Positions 27,293-41,553 of a DNA stretch of 64,000 nucleotides are shown one piece after another. A program made the translations under genes and the position numbers. The notes under the pieces are model-generated. The model was not told the origin of the DNA. It made no database searches and worked only from the letters and a program-made list of their open reading frames with translations. The first letter of the stretch is position 1. Each line of letters starts with the position of its first letter. Source of the DNA: Eledone cirrhosa (lineage: Eukaryota); NCBI GenBank assembly GCA_964016885.1, contig OZ024740.1:357306001-357370000 (forward strand). The letters are read 5' to 3'.

Positions 27293-27382
27293 TTTTATAA
27301 AAATCTCTAAAAACTGCGATTGTTGAGAGCTTTCTCCTGCTTGCTCCTGTTTTTACCAAAACAATCTATTCGGAATAAATAC

Positions 27383-27479
<97 letters not shown>

Positions 27480-27648
27480 AAGACACAAATAATACGATCA
27501 CATTTAACAAAGGGCTAAAACTACCAAAATGGAATATTTTACTCTGACATAATTTGAATGAAGATAAACAGTAACTTCTCTTTTCGCTCTCTCTAACTTT
27601 CTTTCTCTGTCTGTCTCCCCACCCCTCTCTCTCTCTCTCTCTCTCTCT

Positions 27649-27700
<52 letters not shown>

Positions 27701-28821
27701 CTCGGCCGGATGAAAGGCAAAGCTGACCATGGCGGGATTTGAACTCAGAACGCAAAGAACCGGGACAAATTCTGCTATGCATTTGACTGATGCTCAATTG
27801 ACTGGAGACTTTCATTTTGTCTGTCTGTACGACTGATTAGGACATTCGTTTTCAACATGTTAACGTCTATCTATATTTATAAATTTGTCTACATACGTAT
27901 ATTTATGTAACAGTATAGTGTATGACTGCATATCAAAGTACATATGCATGCTTGTATATATAAATACAGAAATATATACACATGTGGAGATAGAGGAAGA
28001 ACTGTACGTGTAAATTATAACTGCAAACGCGCTCCATATCATCACAGAGAGACAAATTACGCAGACATACACAGATATGTGTGTATCTATATATGCATGC
28101 ATGGGTGGGCAGATCCTTCACTTTTGATGAAGTCTTTGTGGCACCGTAGTGACGTCATACGTCTTGGGTGTTTCAGGTGTAGCGAAGTCCATCCCTCTCC
28201 AGGTTTGAAAACAACAGATTTCTTCCATCTTTATCGACTTCGAAAGGACGAAAAAGGGTAAGTTAACCTCGACAGGTTTTGAACATAGAGTGCAGACAGC
28301 CGGAAATAAAACTGCAAACTGTTCCATCCGATGTTCCAATAACTCTACCTATATAGTTTCGGTTAATATTAGCTTAACCTTATTTATTCGTGAACAACGA
28401 GATTTGGTATGCATGGACGAGAACCAACGAATATGATATTTGCGTTTATGGTTCGGTAGATGTAACATTAAGTACTCTGCAGAGTATATTGAGCTTATTT
28501 ATCTAGTGGCAACAACCTTTGACAGAAACTGGAAATTAAGGGCGGTTGTGGCCTGATGAAGTTTGTTATCTTAGTATCAGTATTGTGGGTTGGTTATATT
28601 ACGCTAACGTCTTCCTTTGAGATGTTTAAATTAGCTTTCTATTTATAAGTTTCATGGCTTGTGGATTAGATATGAATTATTTGGTGGTTGATTTGCCCGA
28701 GGCGGATGTAGTTTTATTATGTTGAAAATTATGTTTTGTGAGTGGGTAAATGTATTTGTGTGGTGGGTCTTGGTTTGTGGTATTCGTTACTATTATCCTG
28801 TTGTTGGGTGGGATTATGAGA

Positions 28822-28956
<135 letters not shown>

Positions 28957-29069
28957 GAGAGAGAGATAGGCAAATCCCGACCGCTTGGCGTCACTGTCGT
29001 GATTTTACCTATGTCTATACCAACTCTGTATCTCCCCATCTATTGAGCACTCCCATGATTAGTCCATAC

Positions 29070-29125
<56 letters not shown>

Positions 29126-30784
29126 TATCATTCTTCTGATAATGTATGGACTAAGATCCCCGTTGAAAGGTCTCTGGTACGAAGGGTTTCTCTCGTGATA
29201 TGATTAGTATGGTGTAGTATTAGTAGAGCCAAGGTTTAATTGAGTGGTGTGTTACATGATCTTCTCTTTTAAGGTATGTTTAATATAAGAAAAATATGTT
29301 CTGATTTAGATTGTTACATAATGTCCACATTAAATTTTTTTTAATTTTGTCTACGCTGTTTAGTTTCTTTAATATGGGTATAATATATCGTTAAATGGTT
29401 AAACATTATTAATTTTGTTAACCGTGGTTTGGGTAGCTGAGTAATTGTATTTCGTGTGGGTCATGGTTGGCTTGTGTTAGTTTTATTCGTTTACCTTTAT
29501 TTCGATGTTGGGTGGGGTTACGAGAGAAGTAATTTCATATATGGAAGTATAGAAACACAAACACATTCTCATCCAAAAACACTCTCATAAAAAAACTCAT
29601 TTTCACACAAACACACACTCATACACACACATAAACAGATATATAGATATATGGAAATAGAGAAACACAGATACATATACAAACATAGAAAGGCATAGAT
29701 GTATGAACGTATAGAGACACACTCACGCATACAGAAAGAGACAGGGGTAAGGACTACGTTTAAGCTACATCTACAAAACATTATGCTCTATATTTATAGT
29801 CTTGTCGGTTTGTAAAATATCAACTGTACAAATATGATCACCTGATGTAGCGAGGATATTGACACCAAAGCGAAACACAAACATACACAAACACACGCAT
29901 GTATATATGTATATATGTATAAATATGTATGCATATATATACTATATATATATATATATATATATATACTGTATATATACACGCATTTATATACACAAAT
30001 ACATACACACACATTCATTCAAGATACTACATAAGCGATAAACAATACGCTCCAGATTCACTGCCCTCCACCCCTAAAATGCTTTCTACAACAATCCCTT
30101 GAAAATACCTAAAACCCAAACCCACCCTAAAAACCACCATCGAGTCTACCAGCACCGTTTCATCTCGTTTCTGCCACCCACTATTAACCTATCCCATTTA
30201 TCTGTAAAGGGACCGAGCCAACAAGGGAGTAGCTCCGTGGTTGATCGACTGCTAGAAATAGCAGTTAAATCACTCCCTATTTCCTTGGTGATTCGTCACA
30301 TAATGTTGCCCTATGTACAGTAAGCATAAATGAGTGAATGGAGAGGCATGTCTGGCATGTTCTTGATCACAAGTCAGCTCGATTAAGATTCACAACAGAC
30401 TAAACTACAAAACAACCAACAAGCTTATAACCAAAGCCCTTGACTGGATGTATATGACTTGATTGTTGTTCGATCATAAGTCTACATCAGGGTAGACCTA
30501 GGGCTAAATAGAAACGGCAACAAAAATGGCAGCAACTACAACCCATCAATATTACTTGGAATTTGAACCAACGAGAGATCATATATATGGTCACTCAACA
30601 GACTAGAAATGGCAGGCAAATCTCTATCAAATCACATGTTCGCGTGTTTAAAAATGGACACATTGAATAATGTACTCCCAAATATACTGTGCAAAAAAAA
30701 GCACTGGCTTGTTAGTGATAAAGCTAAAGGAAAACTCACTTTGCTCAAATATCGTGGTCATGTAAAAATATGTATAATCTTCCT

Positions 30785-30878
<94 letters not shown>

Positions 30879-31511
30879 CATATATATATATATATATATG
30901 AAAATGTTCAACCCCGACGGCAGAGCTCAAGCCGTTTCGACGGCTATTTCTGGACTCAGGGTAGACCTAGGGCTAAATAGAAACGGCTGGAATGTTCATA
31001 CACTGAATAGAAGCTCTACCTAAGGTTTCAAAGCATAATATTGACCATATCTCCAGATTGTAAGAAGGATCAAACTTGTGACCAAGTCTTCAGGTGCTTT
31101 ATTTATATATGTGTGTGTGTGCGTGTGTGTGTGTGTGTGTGTGTGGTGTAATGAAGACGTGGGTTCGACTCTCATGTACGTCAAAACTCATTTTTTCTAT
31201 TTCTTAGAGGGGTCTAACTCCCCACTATCAGGCTAAAAAATGTCTTTAGTCAAAAAATACGGCGAAAGCTTCTATTTCTAATTTCAAACTCGCTCGCTGT
31301 TTCAAAAACATACTTATATATATATAGTTCGAAATAATACTAAACAAACAAACGTAATAAATAGGTTACATGTACTTCTTGACCAAGATTGAAACCAAGG
31401 CCAGGATCTCCATTGTCTCTAGTACCTACCACTAGGCCATAGAGACATATAGCCGTCCAGAAATAGCCGTCGAAACGGCTTGAGCTCTGCCGTAGGGCTC
31501 CTGACCCTTTT

Positions 31512-31557
<46 letters not shown>

Positions 31558-31617
31558 TCGATCGACTTTCGTCAAATCGGATCGAGGAAACAATGTTTCC
31601 GTTGGTCTTTCCAATTG

Positions 31618-31664
<47 letters not shown>

Positions 31665-31796
31665 CAAGAAGGTGTGGTAAGATACCAGGTGGACCATAAC
31701 GTACCAGAGTACTCGATACTTAGAGTAGTAGAGTGGGTAATAAGAAAAGAGTCAGGACCCCGACGGCTGAGCTCCGGCCGTCTCGACAGCTAGATT

Positions 31797-32191
31797 CGAG
31801 GGTAAGCCCAAAAGTAAGGTCTCCAAAGCGATGGGGACGCAGAGAAACTGTTCGTACGGCTGTTGGCAACACTGTTGTGATTGGTGCTTCCTTAACTCCC
31901 AAACAAGCATGCGCGCGCTTCGCTGGGATGCTCAAACTTGGCTTGGCAGCCGTTGAGAATGGAGCTCCCGTCGAACGCTATCGCCAAGTGCGAATTTCGC
32001 GCAGTTATTATATAGAGGACAATCCCAAAAGTAAGGTCTCCTTCCGAGGAAAACATGCGTAAAGATCGGCGGATCACTCTGGATGCTCTCTGCATTTTAG
32101 TTCCTGAGGTTTCCCGAAGCACCATCCACAGGATTTTAACGGAAAATTTGCAATATCGGAAGGAGACCTTACTTTTGAGATTGCCCTCGTA
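31797..32191 (+). mobile_element. Rearranged, deleted mariner element
   Basis: TIR CGAGGG..AAAAGTAAGGTCTCC at 31797, again at ~32014, and inverted at 32162-32189 followed by TA. Transposase pieces MELPSNAIAKCEFRAVI (from 31959) and ENMRKDRRITLDAL..VSRSTIHRILTENLQYRK. Confidence 0.82.
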
Positions 32192-32472
32192 TATATTTAT
32201 ATTTATATACACACATATATATAATACGTAATATGACGGCTGCAACCTGGTGATGGACATCACAAGGAATTGGAGCAGGTTGGTTGTTGTTTTATTAAGA
32301 GAGGTGGGGTATGTTTTTGAAGAACGTGTTTGAATTCAATTTATGCCTTATGCGGTATGTGTATGGTGGAAGAGGTTGATTTGCGTTTGCTTGCGTTCGG
32401 GAATAGCATACATTTGGTTTAGATTTGTTTACTTTATAGTTAAAGCAAATGGCGGTCTTGATTTTTATATGT

Positions 32473-32540
<68 letters not shown>

Positions 32541-33731
32541 ACACACACACACACATCCACACATACATTTATACCCCCTCCACACACACACACACACACA
32601 GTTATATAGAGAGAGGGAGAAAAGGAAAGAAAGAAACATGAGAGAAAGAAAGAAAGAAAGAAGGTGGCATGGTTTTTGGAACTTTGGTTGTGATAATCAA
32701 GCCATCCGGTATACTACCAAAACCTTTCTGGTAGTCCAACCATATTTACAACTAGCATTGCTCTTCCGTCTTAAATCATTCGCGTAAGTAGTTGTTCTAT
32801 ACAGTCATATTCTTTCTTCTTCTCCCAGCTTGGACAGGTGCGGTAAGAAAAGTTTGAGACACCATAAAATCAGATCCCATAAGAATAGACTGAGGAGACC
32901 TTATATGTAATGTTCTAGCAAATTATTGGACGGTCATATTTAACCTGAATGATTCGGCGATTTGGGAGAATGAAAACATTATTTCCAATACTGTGCCATA
33001 TATTTCACACTATACTTGTTCAACATGTTTGTAGAAGTCTTGCTCAAGTTTTTTCATCCATGCTGCTTATTTGTTTAATGTCATCATTTCTTCCCAGTAT
33101 AGACTTCCAGTAGCTTTCAACTTGTTCTTCTCATGGGGTGTCTTTTACAAAATAATGTGTTGTTTATGCTTGAAGCTACGGTAGACTGATTCAGGGTCTT
33201 TGGTGAACAGTTTATTCAGCATTTTGCGTTTATAATACGTTGATTTGTATTTTTGTTTTTCAACTTTCAGTGTAAGTTCTTGTTACAGCTGAAGTAGTTC
33301 AGAGTTTAATGTTTCAAATTGCGTGTCACCAAATAGTTTTCTAATTTTCGTTTATTTGTTTCTACACTTCATAACTACGAGAATCTGAGAAATTTTTCTT
33401 CATAGAAATAAAATTTTGTTTCAAATTATAGGACCACCCTGACTAATACTTAAGTACCAGATACATGCCGTTAGTAAATACCCGAAGTAGGCAATGAATT
33501 TTCAACAAAATAAATTATCTCTATGAGACAATGCCGTACAGATTTCTCATGATTTTTTAAAGCATTAGGCAAATCATTCAAAATGTCAATACTCGGTTTT
33601 TATTCTCAGACCTACAAGAGTTAGAAAATTACGAACAAATGTTTTCTATGTCAGCCACACTGTATGTACTACATGGTTTGAAATGTGCTGAGCATTTTCG
33701 TACCTTTGCGTTGTTCAAGCTATATGTATAC

Positions 33732-33762
<31 letters not shown>

Positions 33763-33815
33763 TGTATGTATGTATGTATGTTCTTCTGGTTTCATAATTT
33801 TATAAATGTCTACCA

Positions 33816-33876
<61 letters not shown>

Positions 33877-35213
33877 TTTTCTAACATAAACACAAGACTC
33901 TTTAATTGGAATTTAAACATCAACTAGTTAGATATGTATGCATGTGTGCAGACATGGATGTTATTGTATGTTTGGATGTGTATGTTTTTAGTTATATGTG
34001 TGAATGTGCATGTATCTGTACATGTGTACATGCAGTTATTAAATGCAGAATGTTTGGACTGATTTACATATTTTTACTGTTTCATTAATGGACTGTTCTT
34101 GTAATTTCCTACTCAGTCGTGTTCCTTCTGGTTCTGTGAAGCCCAGCTTCTCAAGATTTGTACTGAAGCAGTTACTAACATATCCCAGTGCCCCAATAAT
34201 CACAGCTGTAAATATGAAGATATAGTCAGAGTGGAGTATCTGTAGATTCCTTATTAGTTCTGCATAGATATTCTCCTATGTATGCTCCAGGTCTGAATAT
34301 AGCAGATTTCTTCCAGAGAAGGATAGAGAGTGAGAGTGGAACTGAAAAAGAGATATAAAGGAAGAATCAACTCCGGTACCAGACTGATACATTTTTATCG
34401 GTCTGAATGGATGAACAGCCAAGTTGATCTCGATGGGATTTGACCTCAGAGAACAAAGAACCTGAAAGAATACTGCACAGCATTCTATCTAATTCGCCGC
34501 CATATGTATTCATATAGAATATATAAGTAAATTTGTTTCAAATTATTGCATGTTACGTTATTGCTGTTGTTATTTGGTCCTAAGATGGCCCCAATCGAGC
34601 AGACATGTGATTAAATGCATTCAAGAATAATGTAGCTCTGACTATATTTCCAACATGTGGTTTGAATGATATTTAGCTGATGTTTCTAGCATGTCAATCG
34701 ACTGCATAAAGTTCTACTCGCTGATATGTTCAATGCGTATCATGAAAATCTTTTTTCTTTAACTGTTGTTATTGTTTAGATTCACGTCTGTCGTAATTGA
34801 GTACACAAATGATCAAATATACTCACGCTGTGATCAACCCGTTTTCCCTGAGACAGATTTTAACCAGAGCCATATTATCCAACGTTCTTCCTTTTTATTA
34901 GTCATAGGGTTTGATTGGAGAGAGATTCGGCATCTTTTGATAGCAGAGTGTTATGCGTTAGAGATGACTCTCTACACATACACGTAAATACACAAACACA
35001 ATAAATGTAATCTGAGTTTTTCGAATATTAACAATAATATTTGATTAGTTCGTAATTATGCAAACAGCCTCTTTAAGTCATGTCAGTAAAATGACCTCGT
35101 AATTCTTGCTCTTGTGTTGGCATGTAAACAAAACTGCAGCCACTATATATATGGTACTCAACATAATTGTAGAGGATAAAATATATATTTGTCCCGTAGA
35201 ATTCATTTCTGTA

Positions 35214-35271
<58 letters not shown>

Positions 35272-35470
35272 GTTATAGAAATGAACTCTTCGGGACAAAT
35301 AAATATGCTTCTTCTCTACTAATCTATTGAGTACCTTATTTTACAATGGGTTTTTCCGCCCCTTTCACACACACACACGCCACATATATATATATATGAA
35401 GTTGGAGACATTATATGAGTGCAACTGACACATTTTAATTTGTCTAACTATATTACAGACAAATAACTTT

Positions 35471-35574
<104 letters not shown>

Positions 35575-35685
35575 CGAGCGATAAATGGCCGGCTTTGCCA
35601 AATTCAAAATAAAAAAGAAAATTTGCTCTACATGGCTGAATACAATAAATGTAATCTGAGTTTTTCGAATATTAATAATTTTTTC

Positions 35686-35835
35686 TACTTTAGGCACAAG
35701 GCCAGCAATTACCCAGTGCATTACTGGTACTTCATTTTATCGACCCCGTAAGGATGAAAGGCAAAGTCAACCTCGGCGGGATTTGAACTCAGATCGTAAA
35801 GGGACGTAACTATGCTGGAAAGCATGGCGTCCGAC
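35686..35835 (-). mobile_element. tRNA-derived SINE (same family as 26493-26687)
   Basis: Reverse complement of the SINE body: ctggtacttcattttatcgaccccgtaaggatgaaaggcaaagtcaacctcggcgggatttgaactcag. Confidence 0.75.
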
Positions 35836-36082
35836 CCTAACATTCGATTCGTTTGCAATTATGCAAACAAGCCTCAATTGCAAACGAATCGAACGTTATT
35901 ATTGATATTCGAAAAACTCAGATTACATTTATTGTATTCAACCATGTAGAGCGAAATTTTATTTTATTTTTTTTCTTTTGAATTTGGCAAAGTCGGCCAT
36001 TTATCGCTCGTATAGAGGAAACTGACTGGCCAGTCTGTTGATATGGAAATCTGGCTATATATATATATATAGCCAGATTTGC

Positions 36083-36180
<98 letters not shown>

Positions 36181-36389
36181 TGATTAATCAGATTATGTGT
36201 TAGTTTAACACCAACACTATAGTTTGCAGGGTAGAGCACCCAACGAAGTCCACACGAGGGTCTGTTAAGTCCAGAGTAAATTTATAAACAAGAGGTATAG
36301 GTCAACATTTCATAATTTACTACTTTCATTACCGTATGAAAGAAGTAGATTATGAAATGTGGCATTATACCTCTTTTTATATATATATA

Positions 36390-37193
<804 letters not shown>

Positions 37194-37774
37194 TGTATAT
37201 ATATATGTATATATATAAATGTAATCTGAGTTTTTCAAATATGAATAATAATATTCAATTCGTTTGCAGTTATGCAAACAAGTCCAATTTTAAAAGCCAT
37301 GTCAGTAGAATGAGCCCTTCATTCTTGCTCTAATGTTGGCATGTTAACAGAACTGCAGACACTAAATGTTTTGGGGTATCGCCCTTCTTCAGTACAGCTC
37401 ACTGTTCACCTGCCAAACTGTCAGAGCTAGTGAAAATATATGCCATTTTCAAAAATACACAGTGACTGATCGGCCTGATCTGCATATTAGCAGACTGGCT
37501 GATCAGTCAAATCTGCATATTAGCAGATCCACTGTTCAGTCAGATTTGCATATCAACAGACTGGCCAGTCAGTTTCCTGCATACGAGTGATGAATGACCG
37601 GCTTTACCACATTCAAATAAAAAAAAAATGTTCGCTCTACATGGCTGAATACAATAAATGTAATCTGCTTTTAAAATGAGGCTTGTTTGCATAATTGCAA
37701 ACGAATCGAATATTATTATTAATATTTGAAAAAACTCAGATTACATTTGTTATTTCTGTTTACCTTTTATATAC

Positions 37775-37833
<59 letters not shown>

Positions 37834-38241
37834 TTTAGTTTAGCCAAGGTCTCCGAGATAGGGACGATGGCGGTAACCTCAAACCGGAAACTTGGTCCGG
37901 ATGCTTGCAAAAGATTTTGCAAAAGGTACCCAAAATGCAGGTGGTGTGTTAAATCGGTTGATGAATTATGTCTACCACCCAAATAGGCCGCAACGGCATC
38001 TGCACGCAATGAGCCAGAACGAATACAGCAAATCTTTTGTCCGACGCCCTAACAATTCTGCTAATCCATTAATTCTGAACTGTTACTTTGTTTTATTCAC
38101 CGAGAATGGATGAAATACAAAGTTGTCCACGGTGGGATTTGAACTGGGAAAGCAGACAGCCGGAACAAATACCACAATGCATATTATCATACGGGCTACG
38201 ACTCTGCCAATTCACCGCATACATACACACACACAGACACG

Positions 38242-38315
<74 letters not shown>

Positions 38316-38328
38316 TATGCATGTCTAA

Positions 38329-38435
<107 letters not shown>

Positions 38436-38436
38436 A

Positions 38437-38504
<68 letters not shown>

Positions 38505-39157
38505 CTGTGTGTGTACGTTGTATGTGCGTGTATTATATTATGGGCGTCATTACCACGCTGGTAAGGGAGCTAAGCCAGCAGTGATTACGACAATGATGGC
38601 AGTAGGTTAGTGTCATAATCTGACACAAGCATATAACTAAAGAGCCACCCCTCACATCCTCACCCCACACATCATTCACCCTGTCCCCCTCCGTTTCCTT
38701 CCACTCCTGTTTAGCATTTCAGCCCCGCTCCTCTTTCTACCTTCATCCTCTCCCTCTAATGTTTTCTCTCTCATCTTTCATGCCGACCACCACCGTGCTT
38801 TCTGGATTGGTTGTGTGTTTAAAAGATGTTCAGGTGTATATGTGTGTGGTGATCATTGGGTAGCGGTATGTGTTTGTATTTATGTATATATACGTATATG
38901 TTGTATGTGCGTGTGTGGCGATTAGGTATGCGAGAAAGACGGGAGTGGAGTGTGATGATCTGTGGCTGATTGTGAGTTGTAGAGGAAAGCAGAAACGAGG
39001 TTGTGTAAAGGACGGGGGAAATGAAGAACTGCATGCGTGTGGATAAGAGGAATGCCAAAACAAAACGTGTTCGTAGTGTGTGGGACAGAGGGTGTGTACG
39101 TGCGTGCTGATGTGAGAAAGAGATAGATAGATAGACAGATAGATAGATAGATAGATA

Positions 39158-39485
39158 TGTTTCTTTATTAGCCACAGGAGCACAAAAGAAGGGGACAACT
39201 ACAAAGGGGGAAGTTTACATACAATAAAAACGTGTAAAATACTATCACAAATGTAATTTAAAAATTAATCGATTTTCCCCAATAGGGGGAGACATTACAC
39301 ATGGGTAACACATATCCCCGAAAAAAAATGTGCAACCCTCATCTCCGGGAGTACGAAGAGTGTGTACCACTTTCCTCTCTTCCTCTTTTTCCTCAACCTA
39401 CAGACTGATATATAGAGAAGGCTCATTCACTCGGGCCATTCTCGCCACTTTCACCCACCTTTCATAAAATTTGCTGGGGTACAGC

Positions 39486-39486
<1 letters not shown>
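39158..39486 (-). mobile_element. Tx1 3'-terminal fragment (E4)
   Basis: Homologous to E1 454-762; (GATA)n on both sides. Confidence 0.9.
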
Positions 39487-39537
<51 letters not shown>

Positions 39538-39903
39538 TTCTTTATTTGCCACAGGGGCGTACAAAAATGGGACATTACTAGACGTGACGGCGGGTTTTTA
39601 CATAAAATCTTTAACAATAATGAATAACAATAAACTATATATAAAATAAAACAATCGAAATCGCCAATAGAGGGAACGTTACTGCGGGGTTGTTTTACAC
39701 CTCGTGGATAGAACAACCCTCAACACCAGGAGCACGTTTGTAGGTGTGCCCGTCTTCCCTCTGTTTGTCTTCCTCAACCTACAGGTTTATATACAGAGAA
39801 GGCCCATTCGCTCGGGCCATTTTCGCCACATTCACCCACCTTTCAGTGAATTTACTGGGGTGTATCACCTCTCTCTCCACTCTCACCTTCCTTCTGAAGT
39901 GGT

Positions 39904-39904
<1 letters not shown>
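39538..39904 (-). mobile_element. Tx1 3'-terminal fragment (E5)
   Basis: Homologous to the 3' ends of E2/E3; (GATA)n at 39487-39537 and 39905-39958. Confidence 0.9.
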
Positions 39905-39959
<55 letters not shown>

Positions 39960-40287
39960 AGAGTGCGTGGGAGTCCGAATTTTTACTTTGAGTTTAACGT
40001 GCAGATGGCCTGTGTCTATAAGTTTTATAGTTCAAATCCTAGCAGCATTTCCTAGTGCCTGCCTTTAGTGAAGTTCACTTGTTATATACTGTCGTATGGG
40101 TGTAGCAATTTAGCATTATCCCTGCTCCATTTTACCACCCTATAACTTAAAATGTTGTTCAGATTATCGATGTGTAGGGTGAAGTCGGTTTCAAGTTACT
40201 TCAGTTAGTCGGTTGAAGTTATTTCATCTTATAGTCCCACTTTCATTTTAGATCACTCCCACAAATCAATGTACATCAACTCTTGTA

Positions 40288-40324
<37 letters not shown>

Positions 40325-40517
40325 CTACTACCACCACCACCACCACCATCACCACCACCACTGTTATAATTATTATTATTTCTTCTGGCTATTTACGCCC
40401 TGAGTTCAAATCCCACCGAAGTCAATTTCACCTTTCTAGTGACGATAAAATAAAGTACCAATCAAGTACTGGGTTAATTTAATCGACACCTCTCCGCATA
40501 AATAATAGTTCACTTAT

Positions 40518-40720
40518 GAATTGGCAGGGTTGGTAGAGTATCGGATTAAATGTGATTGCGGTATTTGTTCTCACTCATTACATTCCGAGTTTAAATCCCG
40601 CCAATGTCAACGTTGCTTTTCATCCTTCCGGGACCAATAAATAAAGTATCAGTCAAGTACTGGGAGTGATCTAATCAATGTTACCCTTCTTCCAAGTGGC
40701 CTTGTGTCTAAATTAAAAAT
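40518..40720 (+). mobile_element. tRNA-derived SINE (same family as 26493-26687)
   Basis: tggcagggttggtag..gagtttaaatcccgcc..ttgcttttcatcc..aataaagtatcag..ggccttgtg. Confidence 0.7.
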
Positions 40721-40787
40721 CAATAGTTCACTTTTCTTTGAAGCATTTTTCTTTTATTTTGTTGGAATTGAAAAATGTTTATATTTA

Positions 40788-40956
40788 CCGTATTTCCCGG
40801 TGCCGAAGACGCTTCGTCCTCGAGGACGCACCCTAATTTTGACAACCAAAAATTTTGAAAAAAAATAATAAACAACCTTCGGCCTCCAGAACGCATAGTA
40901 GATTCTTGAAACTTATTTTAGGGGGGAAATAGCGTCTTTGATGCCGGGAAATACGA
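40788..40956. mobile_element. pogo/Tigger-like MITE
   Basis: TA|CCGTATTTCCCGGtgccgaagacgct ... agcgtctttgatgCCGGGAAATACGA|TA: ~26-bp imperfect TIRs with a TA TSD. Confidence 0.78.
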
Positions 40957-41284
40957 TAATTCAAATTTGAATATTTTTCTATATTATTTGAACGTAAATT
41001 GTTTCTTTTGCTTTTACTCTTTCCCTTTTATACTAGTATATTAACAATATCGGTTAAACGATTTACTTTCTAAAGTACTGAGTACTAACGGATATATATA
41101 TATATATACGTTATTCCGGGTTGAATCGGAGGTAACCACAGTAAGTAAGGTACTCAATACATAGCAGAGTATAAAAGTTTTAATATAGATGAGATTCTAC
41201 AGGACTAGAACTGTTTAATTCTTTAGAAATAATCAGGAATCTGATTCCTGATGATTTCTAAAGAATTATATATATATATATATA

Positions 41285-41553
41285 CAAACACATATGGTGT
41301 ATTATTGTGGTGAAACATATACACCAGGTCATAACACAAAGGAACTAAGCTCCCCCTGTCACTGCATCCATCTCTCCCGTTCTCCCCATCTATTATGAGC
41401 AAATGGGGACCCACGTACTGGCCGCCCCGACGGAGAGAATAGAGAAGGCGTTTCCAGCTCGCAAGGGTCACACCTGGAGGTAGGCAACTCTGTACCGATG
41501 GTGGTGAGTAGTGAGGTGGCCCTAGGGCCAAGGACATCTGAATTCTCCACTGC
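41285..41553 (-). mobile_element. Second, more decayed CRE 3' fragment
   Basis: AVENSDVLGPRATSLLTTIGTELPTSRCDPCELE matches the 12831-13028 translation; the 3' end runs into (TA)n. Confidence 0.78.

Noticed and set aside
31143-31185. tRNA gene (gtggtgtaatg..gtgggttcgactctca)
   Set aside because: A and B boxes are too close and there is no cloverleaf. It is the head of a repeat whose body also occurs inverted at ~9500-9620.
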